Below the pieces are notes generated by a model, which was not told where the DNA came from, ran no database searches, and worked only from the letters and a program-made list of their open reading frames with translations. The translations under genes were made by a program, and so were the position numbers. From the human T2T-CHM13v2.0 reference genome, Homo sapiens, in assembly GCF_009914755.1 (NCBI RefSeq), contig NC_060930.1: DNA of 64,000 bases; one strand, given 5' to 3'. The number at the start of each line of letters is the position of its first letter. Position 1 is the stretch's first letter. Below are positions 1 through 17,088 of this stretch, piece by piece.

Positions 1-4060
<4,060 letters not shown>

Positions 4061-4370
4061 TTTCTATACTTTACATACTTACTATTTTAGTGCATATTTA
4101 TTTACTCTGGAATATACCATAAAGATTCCAGTATCAACATTTTTTTGGCTGGTTATTTTAATGATTATATAGTATTGTATTGAATGGCATTATATATTGA
4201 TTTTCCTTTGCCGGTCTTTTACAATTGGACATTTAAATTGTTTCCAGTATTTTGCTAATTTAAGTAGTGCTGTGATGAGTATCCTGGTACCTACATCTTT
4301 ATATACATGCAAATATTTTCTCAGGTAAATTCCTAAATATGTGAGTGAAAGAGCTGCAGATTTTTAAGTC

Positions 4371-4519
4371 CTTTTTTTTCAAACAGGGTCTTGCTCTTTT
4401 GCCCAGGCTGGAATGTAGTGGCATGATCAGCTTACTGCAACCTCGAACTCCTGGGCTCAAGTGATCCTCTCACCTCAGCCTCCCAAAGTGCTGGGATTAC
4501 AGGCATGAGCCACCCCACC
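4371..4519 (-). mobile_element. FLAM/AluJ monomer
   Basis: gcccaggctggaatg...ctcctgggctcaagtgatcctc...gggattacaggcatgagccac. Confidence 0.85.
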
Positions 4520-4639
4520 TTAAAATTATTCCTGGCCTATTTTAAGACTTTTAAGGCATATTGAGAAGGTGCCTTGCAGAAAGGTTGTTTAAATATAATT
4601 TCCACCAGTGGCATCTGACAACAAATACTGTCAGTTCTT

Positions 4640-6112
4640 TTCCTTGAAGCAGTAGAATCACTTTGTTTCTTTTCAAGAAAATAACTGTTAAATATCTGAG
4701 TCTGAATAATCAGTTTGTTTACTAGCAGTTCTTATAAATGGCCCTTCATTTTTTTTGTTCTTTTTTTTTTTAACTTTTATTTTAGGTTCAGGGGTACGTG
4801 TGCAGGTTTGTTATATAGGTAAACTCATGTCATGAGGATTCATTGTACAGATTATTTCATCATCCAGGTACTAAGCCTGGTACCCAATAGTTATTTTTTC
4901 TGCTCCTCTCCCTCCTCCCAACCTCCACCCTCAAGTAGTGTCTGTTGTTCATTTCTTTGTTTTCAGGAGTTCTCATCATTTAGCTCCCACTTGTAAGTGA
5001 GAACATGTAGTATTTGGTTTTCTGTTTCTGTGTTAGTTTACTAAGGATAATGGCCTCCAGCTCCATCCATGTTCCTGCAAAAGATATAATCTTGTTCTTT
5101 TTTATGGCTGCCTAGTATTCCATGGTGTATATCTACCACATTTTCTTTATTCAGTCTGTCATTTATGGGCATTTAGGTTGATTCCATGTCTTTGCTATTG
5201 TGAATAGTGCTGTAGTGAACAGTCGTGTACATGAGTCTTTATGGTAGAATGATTTATATTCCTCTGCATATATACTCAGAAATGGGATTGCTGGGTCAAA
5301 TGGTAGTTCTGTTTTTAGTTCTTTGAGGAATCACCATATCACTTTCCACAATGGTTGAACTAATTTACAGTCTCACCAACAGTTGTATAAACATCCTCTT
5401 TTCTCCGCAACCTCGCCAACATCTGTTATTTTTTTACTTTTTATTAATGCCATTCTAACTGCCATGAGATGGTATCTCATTGTGGTTTTGATTTGCATTT
5501 CTCAAATGATCGGTAATATTGAGCTTTTTTCACTGCCGGATGACTGCATGTATGTCTTCTTCTTTTTTTAATTTATTTTAAGTTCTGAGGTATATGTGCA
5601 GGATGTGCAGGTTTGTTATGTAGGTAAAATGTGCCAAATGGCCTTTCATGAAAAAAGCCTAGTTGCATTTGCAAATCAAACAATCACCTAAGTGTCTCTT
5701 CACCGGGAAACCATCATACTTTGTAGCACTAATCTTTTTGAGAATTTCCCACTTTGTCACACAAAATATAATAAAAATATGTACCCAAGGGTCAAAATTT
5801 AATTAATAATTTTTCTACTTCATGAAGGATATTCTTAAGTATTCTTAAATATCTTCCTCATGCTCCCTCCCCTGTCCATGGTGGTGAAGAAGATAATAAT
5901 TACTAGTACTGTTTGGACCCACTGCCTTGATTAATGCAAGATACTAGCAGTTTTACCCACCATTGCTTTTATAGCATCAGAGCAAATGTCAAAACTGAAA
6001 AAAAAGTGAGTAACTTTTTATTAGTATTATCATGAAACAAATTGAGACCTCATGGAGACCTGAAAGGGTGTCAGGAACTTCCAAAGGTCCCAACACTTTG
6101 AGAATACTATTC
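4640..6112. mobile_element. hAT-Charlie (Charlie1-like) DNA transposon fossil, split by the L1 at 4750-5635
   Basis: Terminal ...cctgaaagggtgtcagg...cactttgagaatact resembles the remembered Charlie1 end; sequence is continuous across the L1 TSD. Confidence 0.6.
4750..5635 (-). mobile_element. 5'-truncated primate L1 3' end plus a second short L1 3' end, within a 14-bp TSD
   Basis: Poly-T then L1 3' UTR; TSD aaatggcc(c/t)ttcat at 4736-4749 and 5636-5649. Confidence 0.9.
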
Positions 6113-6292
6113 TAAACAATCTCTATCTGTGCAGCCTTTCTATCACACCCTGGTAGACTAATTGAATATGCTTCTTAGTTTTTAGGTGTGTGTTGAGAGT
6201 GGTTTCAGAAAGTTTAGTTTTGCTCGTACTAAAATGAGAGCATCCTGTGGAGTTAGTCATGTTGCTTTTCCATCATTTGTTTTACATACCAG

Positions 6293-6374
6293 GTTCATCG
6301 TTGGGTCAATTATGAATCCATGCTGAAAGAATGCCTGGTTGGCAGAATGGCCATTAAACCTGCTGTTCTGAAAG
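6293..6374 (+). CDS. CYB5R4: CYB5R4 coding exon (exon 4 by recalled numbering), C-terminal cytochrome b5 domain: VHRWVNYESMLKECLVGRMAIKPAVLK
   Basis: accag|GTTCATCGT...AAAG|gtaagt; 82 nt, phase 0 to 1; translation matches remembered NCB5OR sequence including the second heme-ligand His (VHRW). Confidence 0.96.
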
Positions 6375-7037
6375 GTAAGTGGTGCTGGTGCTAAACCAGC
6401 ATGGATGTGTGGTGCACATGTATTTTTTTTTAACTTGGATTTAAACAACTAGGTCTATACAAATCACTATGGTTTTGTAATTTTCATTGGCCTCCTGGTC
6501 TAGCCACTCCAGAGGTTTTCCTTCATTTCTTCTCTAGAATCATATTGTGACTTTCCCTTAAAAGTTCGACTGTTGTTTAGAGAAAGTTCAGTGTGAGGAG
6601 TACAACACTTAGGGTTGATTTTTAGATTAGTTTTTTAGAATTTAATTTTTTGAATAATATAGTCACATGATTCAAACATTTAAAAATACAAAAAGTTATA
6701 CAGTGAAATTTTCCCTCCCAGCTTTTTCTCCCATTTGCCATGGACCTTCCGACTCTGCGCCTTCACTATAGATAACCCCTATTCTTACTTTAAACTTCTT
6801 CTAAAGTATAACCAGTTTCTTCCCCCTAGCTCTGAGATGGAAGAGGGATTTAGAGCAGTTTAAAAGTGAAGATACTGAGGCTTGTAGGTATTGTATCTTA
6901 CTAAAAACTACAGAGTTATTTAATTGAAAAAGCCCACTTGAAGAAACCATGGGTAAACAAACCTTTTGTAAGGCAGAGAGTTGCCTCATTAAATGGTACC
7001 TGCTTTTTTGTAATGTATTTTCTTTTAGTATATGCCA

Positions 7038-7250
7038 GTTGTTTTTCACTGGGGTTGATTTTGCTCTTCAGGGGGACATTTGGCAATGTCTGAAGACATT
7101 TTTGTTGTTAGAACGAAAGTAAATGCTACTGGCATTCTAATTGATAGTGGTCAGAGATGCTGCTAAATATCCTGCGTTGCACAGGACAGACCCCCACAAC
7201 AAAGGATTTTCTGGCCTAAAATGTTAATAGTGTTGAAGTAGAGAAACCAT
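7038..7250. mobile_element. MER20 (hAT-Charlie)
   Basis: gggacatttggcaatgtctgaagacattttt...atgctactggcat...gatgctgctaaatatcct...gagaaacc. Confidence 0.8.
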
Positions 7251-8406
7251 CTTATATGCATTAGTTTTTTATTATTAAAAATGATGGTATTAGTGGCACA
7301 TACATGTTAAGCTGGTACGCATGCATTGGACAGCTCTTTGGTTCATCCTAGGCAAACTCTGGCACCTGTAGAGCTGAGGATGGAGATAGACACCAGGACC
7401 TATAGTGGGCTGAGACATTACTTTCAAAGATTTCTTTTACTGTCACAGCACTGTGAGCAAGGACAAGACATCTATTGAATGGGCTGCCTGCCGGTTGGAA
7501 GTTCAACTTTTGTAAAGTCAGTCAAAGTTCTTTCTTCTAGAAGCCTCAGTTTCCTCATTGGTAAAATGGAGACAATTTAGGTAGACAAAGCACAAGCTCA
7601 GAGACTAACTGATAGGGGAGAAGTAAGACGGTTACTGGTGGAGAGAGGGAGGCTGGGAGTCATTCTGAAGTGGGCTTTACTAGACAGACAAGTTTGCTAT
7701 CTCAGCCTGGCTGCCTTAATTTGCTCCTTCTGCTATAGGGCCCGTTGTCTGGGTAATTCTTGCCAGAAAGATTTAAGGGAAAGGTAATTAAAAATGGGAG
7801 GTAGAAGTAAGAAGTCCCTGGTTAGGGGGCAGATGCAGACCTAAACAGGAAGTGTGTCTTCTGTAGTGGTATGACTGACTGATGTTTTGTTTGTGTTAGC
7901 ATTTGTTTTGTTTTCATAGAAAGAGGAATTTTGAACATGTGTATATTCATGTACAGGTGATTCCAGATAAGAAAGGAATCGTAATCCCTCTGATGATAGG
8001 ACAGGAATGGAAAATAACTGACAAATTGCAGAGTTGATTAAAAAAATGACAAGTGAAGCCAACTTGGGGAGAAAATATGAACTTCTAAAAATACAGCATA
8101 TGCTGTGATTAAATGAATAATGGAGGAAAAACTGATCCTAGGATAAATTAATACTCTGGTATTTTTAAAGCTTTTTAATCCTCGGATTTTTCAGAATATG
8201 TGGATTTGAACTATTAAGTCTTCATTTTAATTCTGCTAGTGAACTAGAAGTTTGAGAGATGTATAAAATTGAAAGATGATTCAGAAGATGATTACAAAGA
8301 TGAATAGAAGAAAGTAAGGTAAAGATAGTTTAAAACTGCAAAAATTAAGTTTTGTAAGATTTGAGAAATAAGTATGACTTTTAAATCAAAAACAAGAATT
8401 AGGCCT

Positions 8407-8542
8407 GGCTAGGTGCGGTGGCTCATGCCTGTAATCTCAGCACTTTGGGAAGCCAAGGCAGGAGGACTGCTTGAGCCCAGGATTTTGAGACTAGCTTGGG
8501 CAATATAGTGAAACTCTGTCTCTACAAAAATTAAAAAAAAAT
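8407..8542 (+). mobile_element. FLAM/AluJ monomer
   Basis: ggctaggtgcggtggctcatgcctgtaatc...tctctacaaaaa. Confidence 0.88.
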
Positions 8543-9032
8543 TATATTTAATTAAAAAAAAGAATCAGGTCTAAGTTGTGTTATGAAGAGTTCTGTTTAG
8601 AGATATGGAGGAATTTCTAGAGGAAAAAATGGTTATTAAACACATTATACAGAACCAAGAAGTCTTCTGGCAAGGCTAAGCAGGTAAGGGAATACAGAAT
8701 GGTAAATTTAGGACTTTGTGAGTAAGATCCCTGGCAACAAGACTGAGCTCTTATCTGATGGTGACATAATACCAACCTTTTGGAATAAGAAAGGGGAATG
8801 AGGAATGTAGCTACAAGATAATTGTAAAACATTCAATTAATGCTCAGCATTTTTTTTTTCCTAGAATGCTTTTCTTCAAGGACTCCTGACAAATGCCTAC
8901 ACATTTTCAAAACTTAGCTAAAATACTACTTCTTCTATAGAGTCCTTTCAAATTTCTTCCAGTAGAAACGTTCTTCTTCTGTGCTTCAATAACACCTCCT
9001 GTATACCTCTTTTACAGCCACACGCAATCTTA

Positions 9033-9363
<331 letters not shown>

Positions 9364-11699
9364 CTATTGACTTTATTTTTAATTCCGTTTATGGTATTTT
9401 TTGAATAAGTATTGCACTCATGTGATTCAAGAAGAAGCATCCTTATCATAGTTCTGCCTCCCATCTACTGTTTTCCTCTCCCATGCACACACCAAGGACA
9501 TGTTTCTGTTGATGTTGTTGTTGTTGTGACTCTTTCCAAATTATCTTTATGTATGATAAGCAGACTGAATATATTTTCTTATTTTTCTAACTTTTTATCC
9601 AAATGGTATGTCAATGTCCGTATTATGTCAATATCGCTGTTAAGATGATCAATAGATGTTTATTAAAGAATGAGCATATTGGTAAAAGAACTTCCTACTG
9701 GATCTTTCTTTATTCCAGGGTATCCTCCTGTGCCTCTGCTCAGCAGAGGTAAACTAGATTTGGGTCATAATTAAAGATCCTTACCAAGGAAGAGCTGAGT
9801 GCTGTTAGATCACAGCACCAGCCTTCTAAATGACTCTGACCTCTCCGGAAATAAAGATTCTCATCAGAGTAAAGCAGTTTAACCAGCATTATGAGAAGAT
9901 ACAAATTTGATTGGCCATGGAGCCAACTAAATGATGGAATTAGTTACCAAGAGAAAACATCAGATTTCTTTTCAGAGAAGAAAGTATCTCCTGTGACTAA
10001 AATGATTCAGATGTAAATATGCTTGAAAGTGAAAAACAGTCTCCTCCATTTCTGTAACTCAGTTTTTGAAAAGAGTTGTAAAAACAGAGTAGGAGAATTT
10101 TTAAAGGTAACCCAGATTCTTTAAGTGGAAGTTCTCTTTCTACTAGTACTTCTTGTATTTAAAAAAGACTTGGTGGTGGGAGGGAACTACTAATTTTGCA
10201 GAATCCAGAAAGTTCTGACAGATTCAAATCTATTCATATCAGGCAAGAAATAATCATAAGAGATAATATTTTCTTCTTAGAAATAAATTACCTGGGACAA
10301 TTTTTCAAAATCTGTGAACCTCTTAGGTAAAAACTAATTGTTTTACATGATAAATGAGATTTATTAAACTGTTGACCTTATTGTACACTGAAAATAGATA
10401 CATGTTCTGTGAATTTCTAAGATAAAACAAATAATCACAACTGCAACAGCAAAGACAGATAAAACTGACTGGATGAAAGTACATGGCCAAGCAGGGACAT
10501 CAGTGATCCTTTGCAAACTGTAATGGCCAGATTTGTATGTGGCAGTTGATAAACAAAGCTCATTTTGAAGTATAGTTTAAATGGTTTTTAGGCCTACTAT
10601 CCTTTTAGGAAATATTAACTCCTGGATTGCCAAGAAAAATGGGACTGTGTTTCAGGAGAGACAAATCTAATTTTGGCTTTTTTACTGGAGTGGTAGATTT
10701 CATTCAAGTCCTTTGACCTCTGATTTTCAGCCTTTTTTAGGAGATCAGGTGATAATTTGCTGTATGTGGTAAATTCCTTTCAGCTGTAAAATTATTTTGG
10801 TAAAATGAGGAAAAGGAAAAGGATGGTCATTTGGCTTCCTTAATTATTATTATTTTGGGATGGATGAGTGAAGTGTAATTAATTATGGAATTTCTGGTGA
10901 AATATTGGAACACAAAAAATTTGAAAGCTTTGATTTTAAATACGTTAGTTTCTTTTTGTATAAAACAAGGTGATGTCAGCTTAAGAAATGATGTCTTTCC
11001 ATTTGACTACTTGAATATTTTTTGTTAGCTTATCCCATTTTTTTTTAAATTTTGACAACTTGCTGAGGTGTTTAGTTTGACTATAATGGTATAACACTTG
11101 TGGATATTAGAATATAATATAGCTTTGTGAGTTGGCCGCCATCCTGAAAGAAAATACCTGTTAATTTTTTTCCTGGGTTTGTAACACTAATAATTGCATT
11201 GGGTATACATGCAAAAATCTGAACATATTTTAAACTTGTAATAACGATCATTTTATGCATTGAACTCAGTAAAAGGGAAAGATAAGGCATCTTTCTTTGA
11301 GTTGTTAATGTGTGTGTTTCATTTATGAAGTATAATCTAATAAATTCTGGTTAACTTGGACTAATTTAAAATATGATAACACGGATGAAACTTGACGTTT
11401 ACATATGCTCATATAGAAATTAACCAAGATATTAGAAAAAAGTGACCAAAGAATTAGAAAAAATCCAAATGAAATGAGAGACAAACATCTGGAGAAATAT
11501 GGTCTGGCAGTCTTCAGAGATGAAACTTACTTGTTTAAAACAAAGGCCGTTTCTATATTGGCCTGTTTCTCTCCTCAGGCCTTAGAAGAAAGCCCTTCAA
11601 AAAAGAAGGGATGTTATCTTGAAATCAGTAATGTGGACTGACATTCTCATTGACATTAAAGTATTCTTATTTGACTTTTTTTTCTAAATCACTATACAG

Positions 11700-11732
11700 A
11701 CTATCGTGAGGAGGAAAAGAAAGTCTTAAATG
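11700..11732 (+). CDS. CYB5R4: CYB5R4 exon 5 (33-nt micro-exon): (D)YREEEKKVLN(G)
   Basis: tacag|ACTATCGT...AAATG|gtaagt; phase 1-1, continues frame of previous exon. Confidence 0.94.
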
Positions 11733-11816
11733 GTAAGTCTATAAATTTATAATAAATGAATCATATTCACATGCTTATGAATAGTATTGATACACAGAAT
11801 TGTCTGGGGCATTTAA

Positions 11817-12118
<302 letters not shown>

Positions 12119-12779
12119 TAGATTTTTTTTTTTTTTTTAATATGAAAGATAGCTTTACTGGCCCAAACTTAAGAGTCTTTTGTAGGGTTTTATAGGCTCC
12201 TTATTCCAGCCATTACTCTTATCGTCGTGCCTTCTGTGACATCCCTGAATACATGTTATCTTCCCTCAGCTTGAATACTTGTAGCAGTTAGGAGTTTCTT
12301 CCTCAGAAACAAGACAAAATAAGTCAGTTTTCTTAGATGTGAGCTCACCTCCATTGTTTGCATACACATGCCAAATAGTTTATTAATCTACAATTTTTTA
12401 AGCTGAGTGGTGCATCCAGCCATTCTGGATGACTTGCAAATAATGACTGACACTTCCTCTCCCCCGCAAAAAAGTTTGGCATGGTGGTCACTACTGACAT
12501 AAAATGCATGGTGCTAACTCTGACTGAACTATATTGATGTACATTTAGAAACATTTTTTTCTTTCATTTGCAAAAGCAAGTTACAGAAATGCAACTAACA
12601 AGCTAGATTGCCAGATGAGTTACCTTTTTCTTTGTTAACTGAAATAGTCTATATTGTGGACTAATTTATGCAATTTATAGTACCTGTAGTTGTTCATCGG
12701 ATAATATAACACTCTATTAAATGAGGGACTGATCTTTGGTTTCGTCTGATGATTGACTCTTCTGTGGCACTACAAAAGC

Positions 12780-13050
12780 AACCATTGCTTAATGATTGAT
12801 TACCGATAGACTAGGCATTTTCTTTCCACCACATGTGGCTTCCAGAACCTGTACTTTTCTGTTGCCTTCTTTGGATGCACTGCATTTGACTAATTTCTCA
12901 GTAAAAGGTGGCATTAAGTATGGAATATAGCACTCCACAAGTGATTTGGTTAGCACTGTTACCTCTTGTGACCTGGACCCTGTAAGATTGGAACATATCT
13001 GTCTATCTATATATTTATTAGCTGCTTTTCCCTTTTGGCTCATTTAAGTC
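12780..13050 (-). mobile_element. Ancient CR1/L3 LINE fragment
   Basis: ORF 12789..13043 (GSRSQEVTV...LVECYIPYLMPPF...KLVKC) resembles the CR1 RT C-terminal SRSREVI..LEYCVQFWAP..DKLE region. Confidence 0.5.
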
Positions 13051-14479
13051 TATGTGGTATGTCTCTGTATTTGCAAATGTGATCTGCCTGCATTCTATGT
13101 TACTATTCCAATAGCTGCTTAAAATACTGAATGGGTTGGACTACTTTCCTATTCCACTAGAGACCCGATCCCTTCAAATTGACGACATTCAATCAACCAA
13201 TACTTATGGAAGGGAGAACATGCATTCAGTCCACCTTGCATTACTTAATTATTTTTTTTCACTACACATTCACCCCGTATTCTTTCAACTTACTCAAAAT
13301 AATATTATGTAAAGTTTGAGGGTTTTTTTTGTTTTTAGTTAGTTTTAAATTAAGATATATTCCATGGCTTATTATTCTGTTTTAATAAGATATATCTTAA
13401 TTATACTAAATAGTTTTTTAGAATGTTTGATTATTGTCTCATTTGCTCACCCATGAGATTGCAGGGACCATTTCATTGCTATTAATAGTTCCAATTTGAG
13501 GAAGAGGAAACAGTGGCTTGCATAAAATCACAGTACTGGCACCGAGCTTAAGTATAGATTTTCTGGTCCTAATTAGGTCATACAAGATCAATGTTGACTT
13601 ACAATTTATCAATTCTGTTTATAGCGTTTTCTTACAGAAATTCTTAGATTTTGATGCATTTGATTTTTATTTATATACTTAAGAGACTTCCAAAAGAGAA
13701 ACAACATTAATCTCTGAAATCTTTCAGTGCTTCTTAATTTAATAAGATTATTTTGTCTTGCTTTTACCATATTAGAAAAAATACATTTAATTCTTGTAGT
13801 CCTCTCTTGTTTTACGTGTAGTTTTGTAGTAGAGCACTCTTCTTTTAGTGCCCACTGCTAATTATTAGTTCACAACTCTGACCTTGTTGTCACATCTCTG
13901 AGGCTTCCTTTGTTTATTTGAAAATAGTGTTCTGCAGAGTTATGTGGGAAGAAATGGAAGCTGAATGAGTAAGGCCTGGACTCAGGGCTCACCATCAGCC
14001 CATTCAGAAAAATATGACTGTTTTACATCTTACTTGCACTTGAGCTTGTCTTGAAACAAAACGTTTGTGTCTAAAAAGAATCTTGAAAACCTCTAAACTG
14101 TCTTGTCCCAAAGGTGTCTTGCAACTCTTAAATTTATATCAAATACTTTGATTTCTAATTTGGGCACCCAAGACTCAGCAGATACTAACCATTAATTTTT
14201 GTTCCTGTATAGTTTGAAAAATAGTAATATAATTGATGCAATGATTTTCAAAAGTCATGTAGCAGCAGTACTTCTTTTTTCCAAACTAAATCTTACCATA
14301 TACAAACAATGCACTTCTATTGTAGGGGGGAAACACTTAATGTTTGCAATATCTTGAGTTCTTCCATGCCTCAGAGTTTTCTGAAGTCATTTAAAAACCA
14401 TAGCATTAGTGGGCTTTTAAAATGCATCATACACCCAAGATGCATTTTGTGGGTGTACATACCCACAAGAATGCATACC

Positions 14480-15230
14480 CACAAGAGTGAGTAAAATGGG
14501 AAAAGACAGAAGACCACATGTTGGTGAGGTTGTGGAGCAGCTGGAACTTTCAAACACTTTTTACTGTGGTAAAAAGTGTAAATTGGTACAACCACTTTGA
14601 AAAGCCATTCAGTAGTATCTTCTAAAGCTAAACATACAAACACCCTTCATACTAACCAAAAATGTAGATATGTGTTCTTTAAGAATATGCATGTACCTGT
14701 AAAAGAATATTTATATCAACACTGTGTATAATAACTCCAAACTGGAAACAACCTGAATGTTCATCAACAGGAGAATGAATAAATTGTGAACTATACATAT
14801 AAAGTAATACTGCTCAGTTACAAAAAGGACCAAGCTGATGAATTCAGTAGCATGGATAAAATTTCAGAAAGCCTAGATTTGATTTATTGCTTATTATTTA
14901 TCATGCTTATTTCACATAAGAACTGTAATGTCTAGAATATTGGACAAAAAGCCAGACTAAAAGAGAACATGTGTTATCATTCTACTTATATAAAGTTCAA
15001 ACACAGGCAAATACTAACCATGGTGTTAGTAGTCAGAATACATGTTACTCTTGAGGCAGGGGTGGTGATTGAAAAGGGGGCATGAAGAGAGTGCTGACTG
15101 CAAGGGTATGTATGTTTCACTTTATCACGGCCTTTTGGCTAAGATCAAGTGAAAATATATTGAGTAGTACATTTGTGATTTGTATCCTTTTATGAATATA
15201 TGTGATATTTCACTAAGAAGTTAACTTAAA
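14480..15230 (+). mobile_element. Old L1M (L1MB/ME-type) 3' region
   Basis: gttggtgaggttgtggagcagctggaac, aactggaaacaacctgaatgttcatcaacagg, tataaagttcaaacacaggcaaa. Confidence 0.8.
15124..15151 (+). pseudogene. Truncated U2 snRNA 5' fragment
   Basis: cggccttttggctaagatcaagtg (15128-15151) is a 24/24 match to remembered U2 nt 10-33, preceded by atc (U2 nt 1-3). Confidence 0.85.
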
Positions 15231-15286
15231 AGACAAAAAGTTAAAAATACTTTGTAGATGAACTATAGCTATCTTTCTTTGTAAAG

Positions 15287-15347
15287 GCATGCTTCCCAAG
15301 AGCCAAGTGACAGATACACTTGCCAAAGAAGGTCCTAGTTATCCAAG
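15287..15347 (+). CDS. CYB5R4: CYB5R4 exon 6: (G)MLPKSQVTDTLAKEGPSYP(S)
   Basis: ttctttgtaaag|GCATG...CCAAG|gtatgc; 61 nt, phase 1 to 2. Confidence 0.94.
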
Positions 15348-16678
15348 GTATGCATTCTTATTTAAAATTTTTAAAGTTAAATCAATTATGTACAAAAATG
15401 TACACATTTAAAAAATAAAGTAGCTCTGGGTTTGATTTATTGCTTACTGTTAGTCATGCTCTTTGACACAAGAACTGTAATGCCTCATTTATTAGATGTT
15501 GTTGGAGAATGAGCTGTTCCATAAATGTGAATTTTAAATATAACTGAAGTTTGATCCATTTTAAACACCAATACTTTAAAAAACTATTCTAAAATATTTT
15601 TCTGATTATAAAAAAATACATTAATGGTAGAAAACTTAGAAAATAGAGAAATACAAAAGAAAGTGATAAAATCAGTTGTAATCTCACCATCCTTAGATGT
15701 ATACTATTATTTATATTTTCCAGTTAGATTAATATAATACCTACTTCCATATTATTCTATTTTTATAATATTGGTATGACAGTATATGAGCATTTTTCTA
15801 TGCTGTTAAATATTCTGCGAAAGCATTTTTCTCTGCATTCCATCATATGACCATGCCATAATGTATTTAAATATTCTATTTTTTATATCTAGTTCATTTT
15901 TATCAATTTTTAATGAGAATTCTTCAAAATATATTGCCCAATAGTTGTCTTTAACAGTTAACAGTAACTTAAGCAATACATATATATTTCGTTAATGACA
16001 CTTAAAATGCCTTCAGGTGTGTTCTCTGTAGTTTTTTCTTTTACCCCTTTTCTCTCTACCACCAGTCTATATTATTCTAATATCAGCATCCTGCTATATT
16101 TGTTAAATTATTTCATATACAATTTTAAGTTAGGGACTAAGGATGCCCTCTGTAAATTAGACTATATAGGTGATAAGTGCAAAAAGAGTATCAATTTGAT
16201 CAATAGCTGTAACAAAACAGAAGACTTAGTTTCACTTTAAGTTTCACTATGGACCCATTAAACAACCTTGATGAGTTCATTTCTTCACTACTAATATATT
16301 TGTGACAGGGAGGAATGAAGATAATAAACATGTGCATTTTTTCATGCTCTTTAACAAAATATGTTGTTTTGGTTTTGCTCTGATAAAAGAAGATTTTAGT
16401 AAAGAGATGTATAGGCTCTATAAAAAGGGTCTTGTTGAGGATATTTTGTTTTTACTCAAGTGGGAATACATGGAAGTCTAGATATTTTAAATTTAGAAAT
16501 AGTTGTCAGCTGTATAATGAAGAATGTAACATGGTAAGACCAGTTTATTTAGAAAAAAAGCTTAACCTAGAGAAATACAGATATGTCTCATTATAAATTT
16601 TAAACATTTAATGATTAATATATGTGAATGCACATGATTGTCAATATAATTATTCATCCTTTTATTTATATTTTACAG

Positions 16679-16736
16679 CTATGATTGGTTCCAAACAGAC
16701 TCTTTAGTCACCATTGCCATATATACTAAACAGAAG
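16679..16736 (+). CDS. CYB5R4: CYB5R4 exon 7, start of CS domain: (S)YDWFQTDSLVTIAIYTKQK
   Basis: ttttacag|CTATG...CAGAAG|gtaaat; 58 nt; YDWFQT is the CS/p23-like domain start motif. Confidence 0.96.
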
Positions 16737-16784
16737 GTAAATATGTCTTTAAAATCAGAAAAGAAGAAAATAATAAATGTTAAT

Positions 16785-17000
16785 TTATGTACCAGGTCTT
16801 TTTCTAAACACTTTTTTATATTATTTACTTCTCACTATAATTCTTTGAGGTAGATAGTATTGTTATCCCTTTTGTACAGAAGAGGAAACAAAGAAAAGAT
16901 TAAGTAATTCACCCAAAGTTACACACTGAGTGGCAGATCTGGCATTTGGAACTCAGGCAGTCTGGTTCCAGAACATCTGCTCTTAACAGCCATTCCTATA
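16785..17000 (-). mobile_element. MIR
   Basis: tgaggtagatagtattgttatcccttttgtacagaagaggaaac...aagtaattcacccaaagttacac...ggaactcaggcagtctggttccaga. Confidence 0.8.
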
Positions 17001-17038
17001 GCCTCTTAAAAATCAGAGTAGGAAGTATTTTATGTGTT

Positions 17039-17043
<5 letters not shown>

Positions 17044-17085
<42 letters not shown>
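17044..17085. repeat. (TG)n microsatellite, about 21 units
   Basis: Pure dinucleotide run in intron 7. Confidence 0.97.
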
Positions 17086-17088
<3 letters not shown>

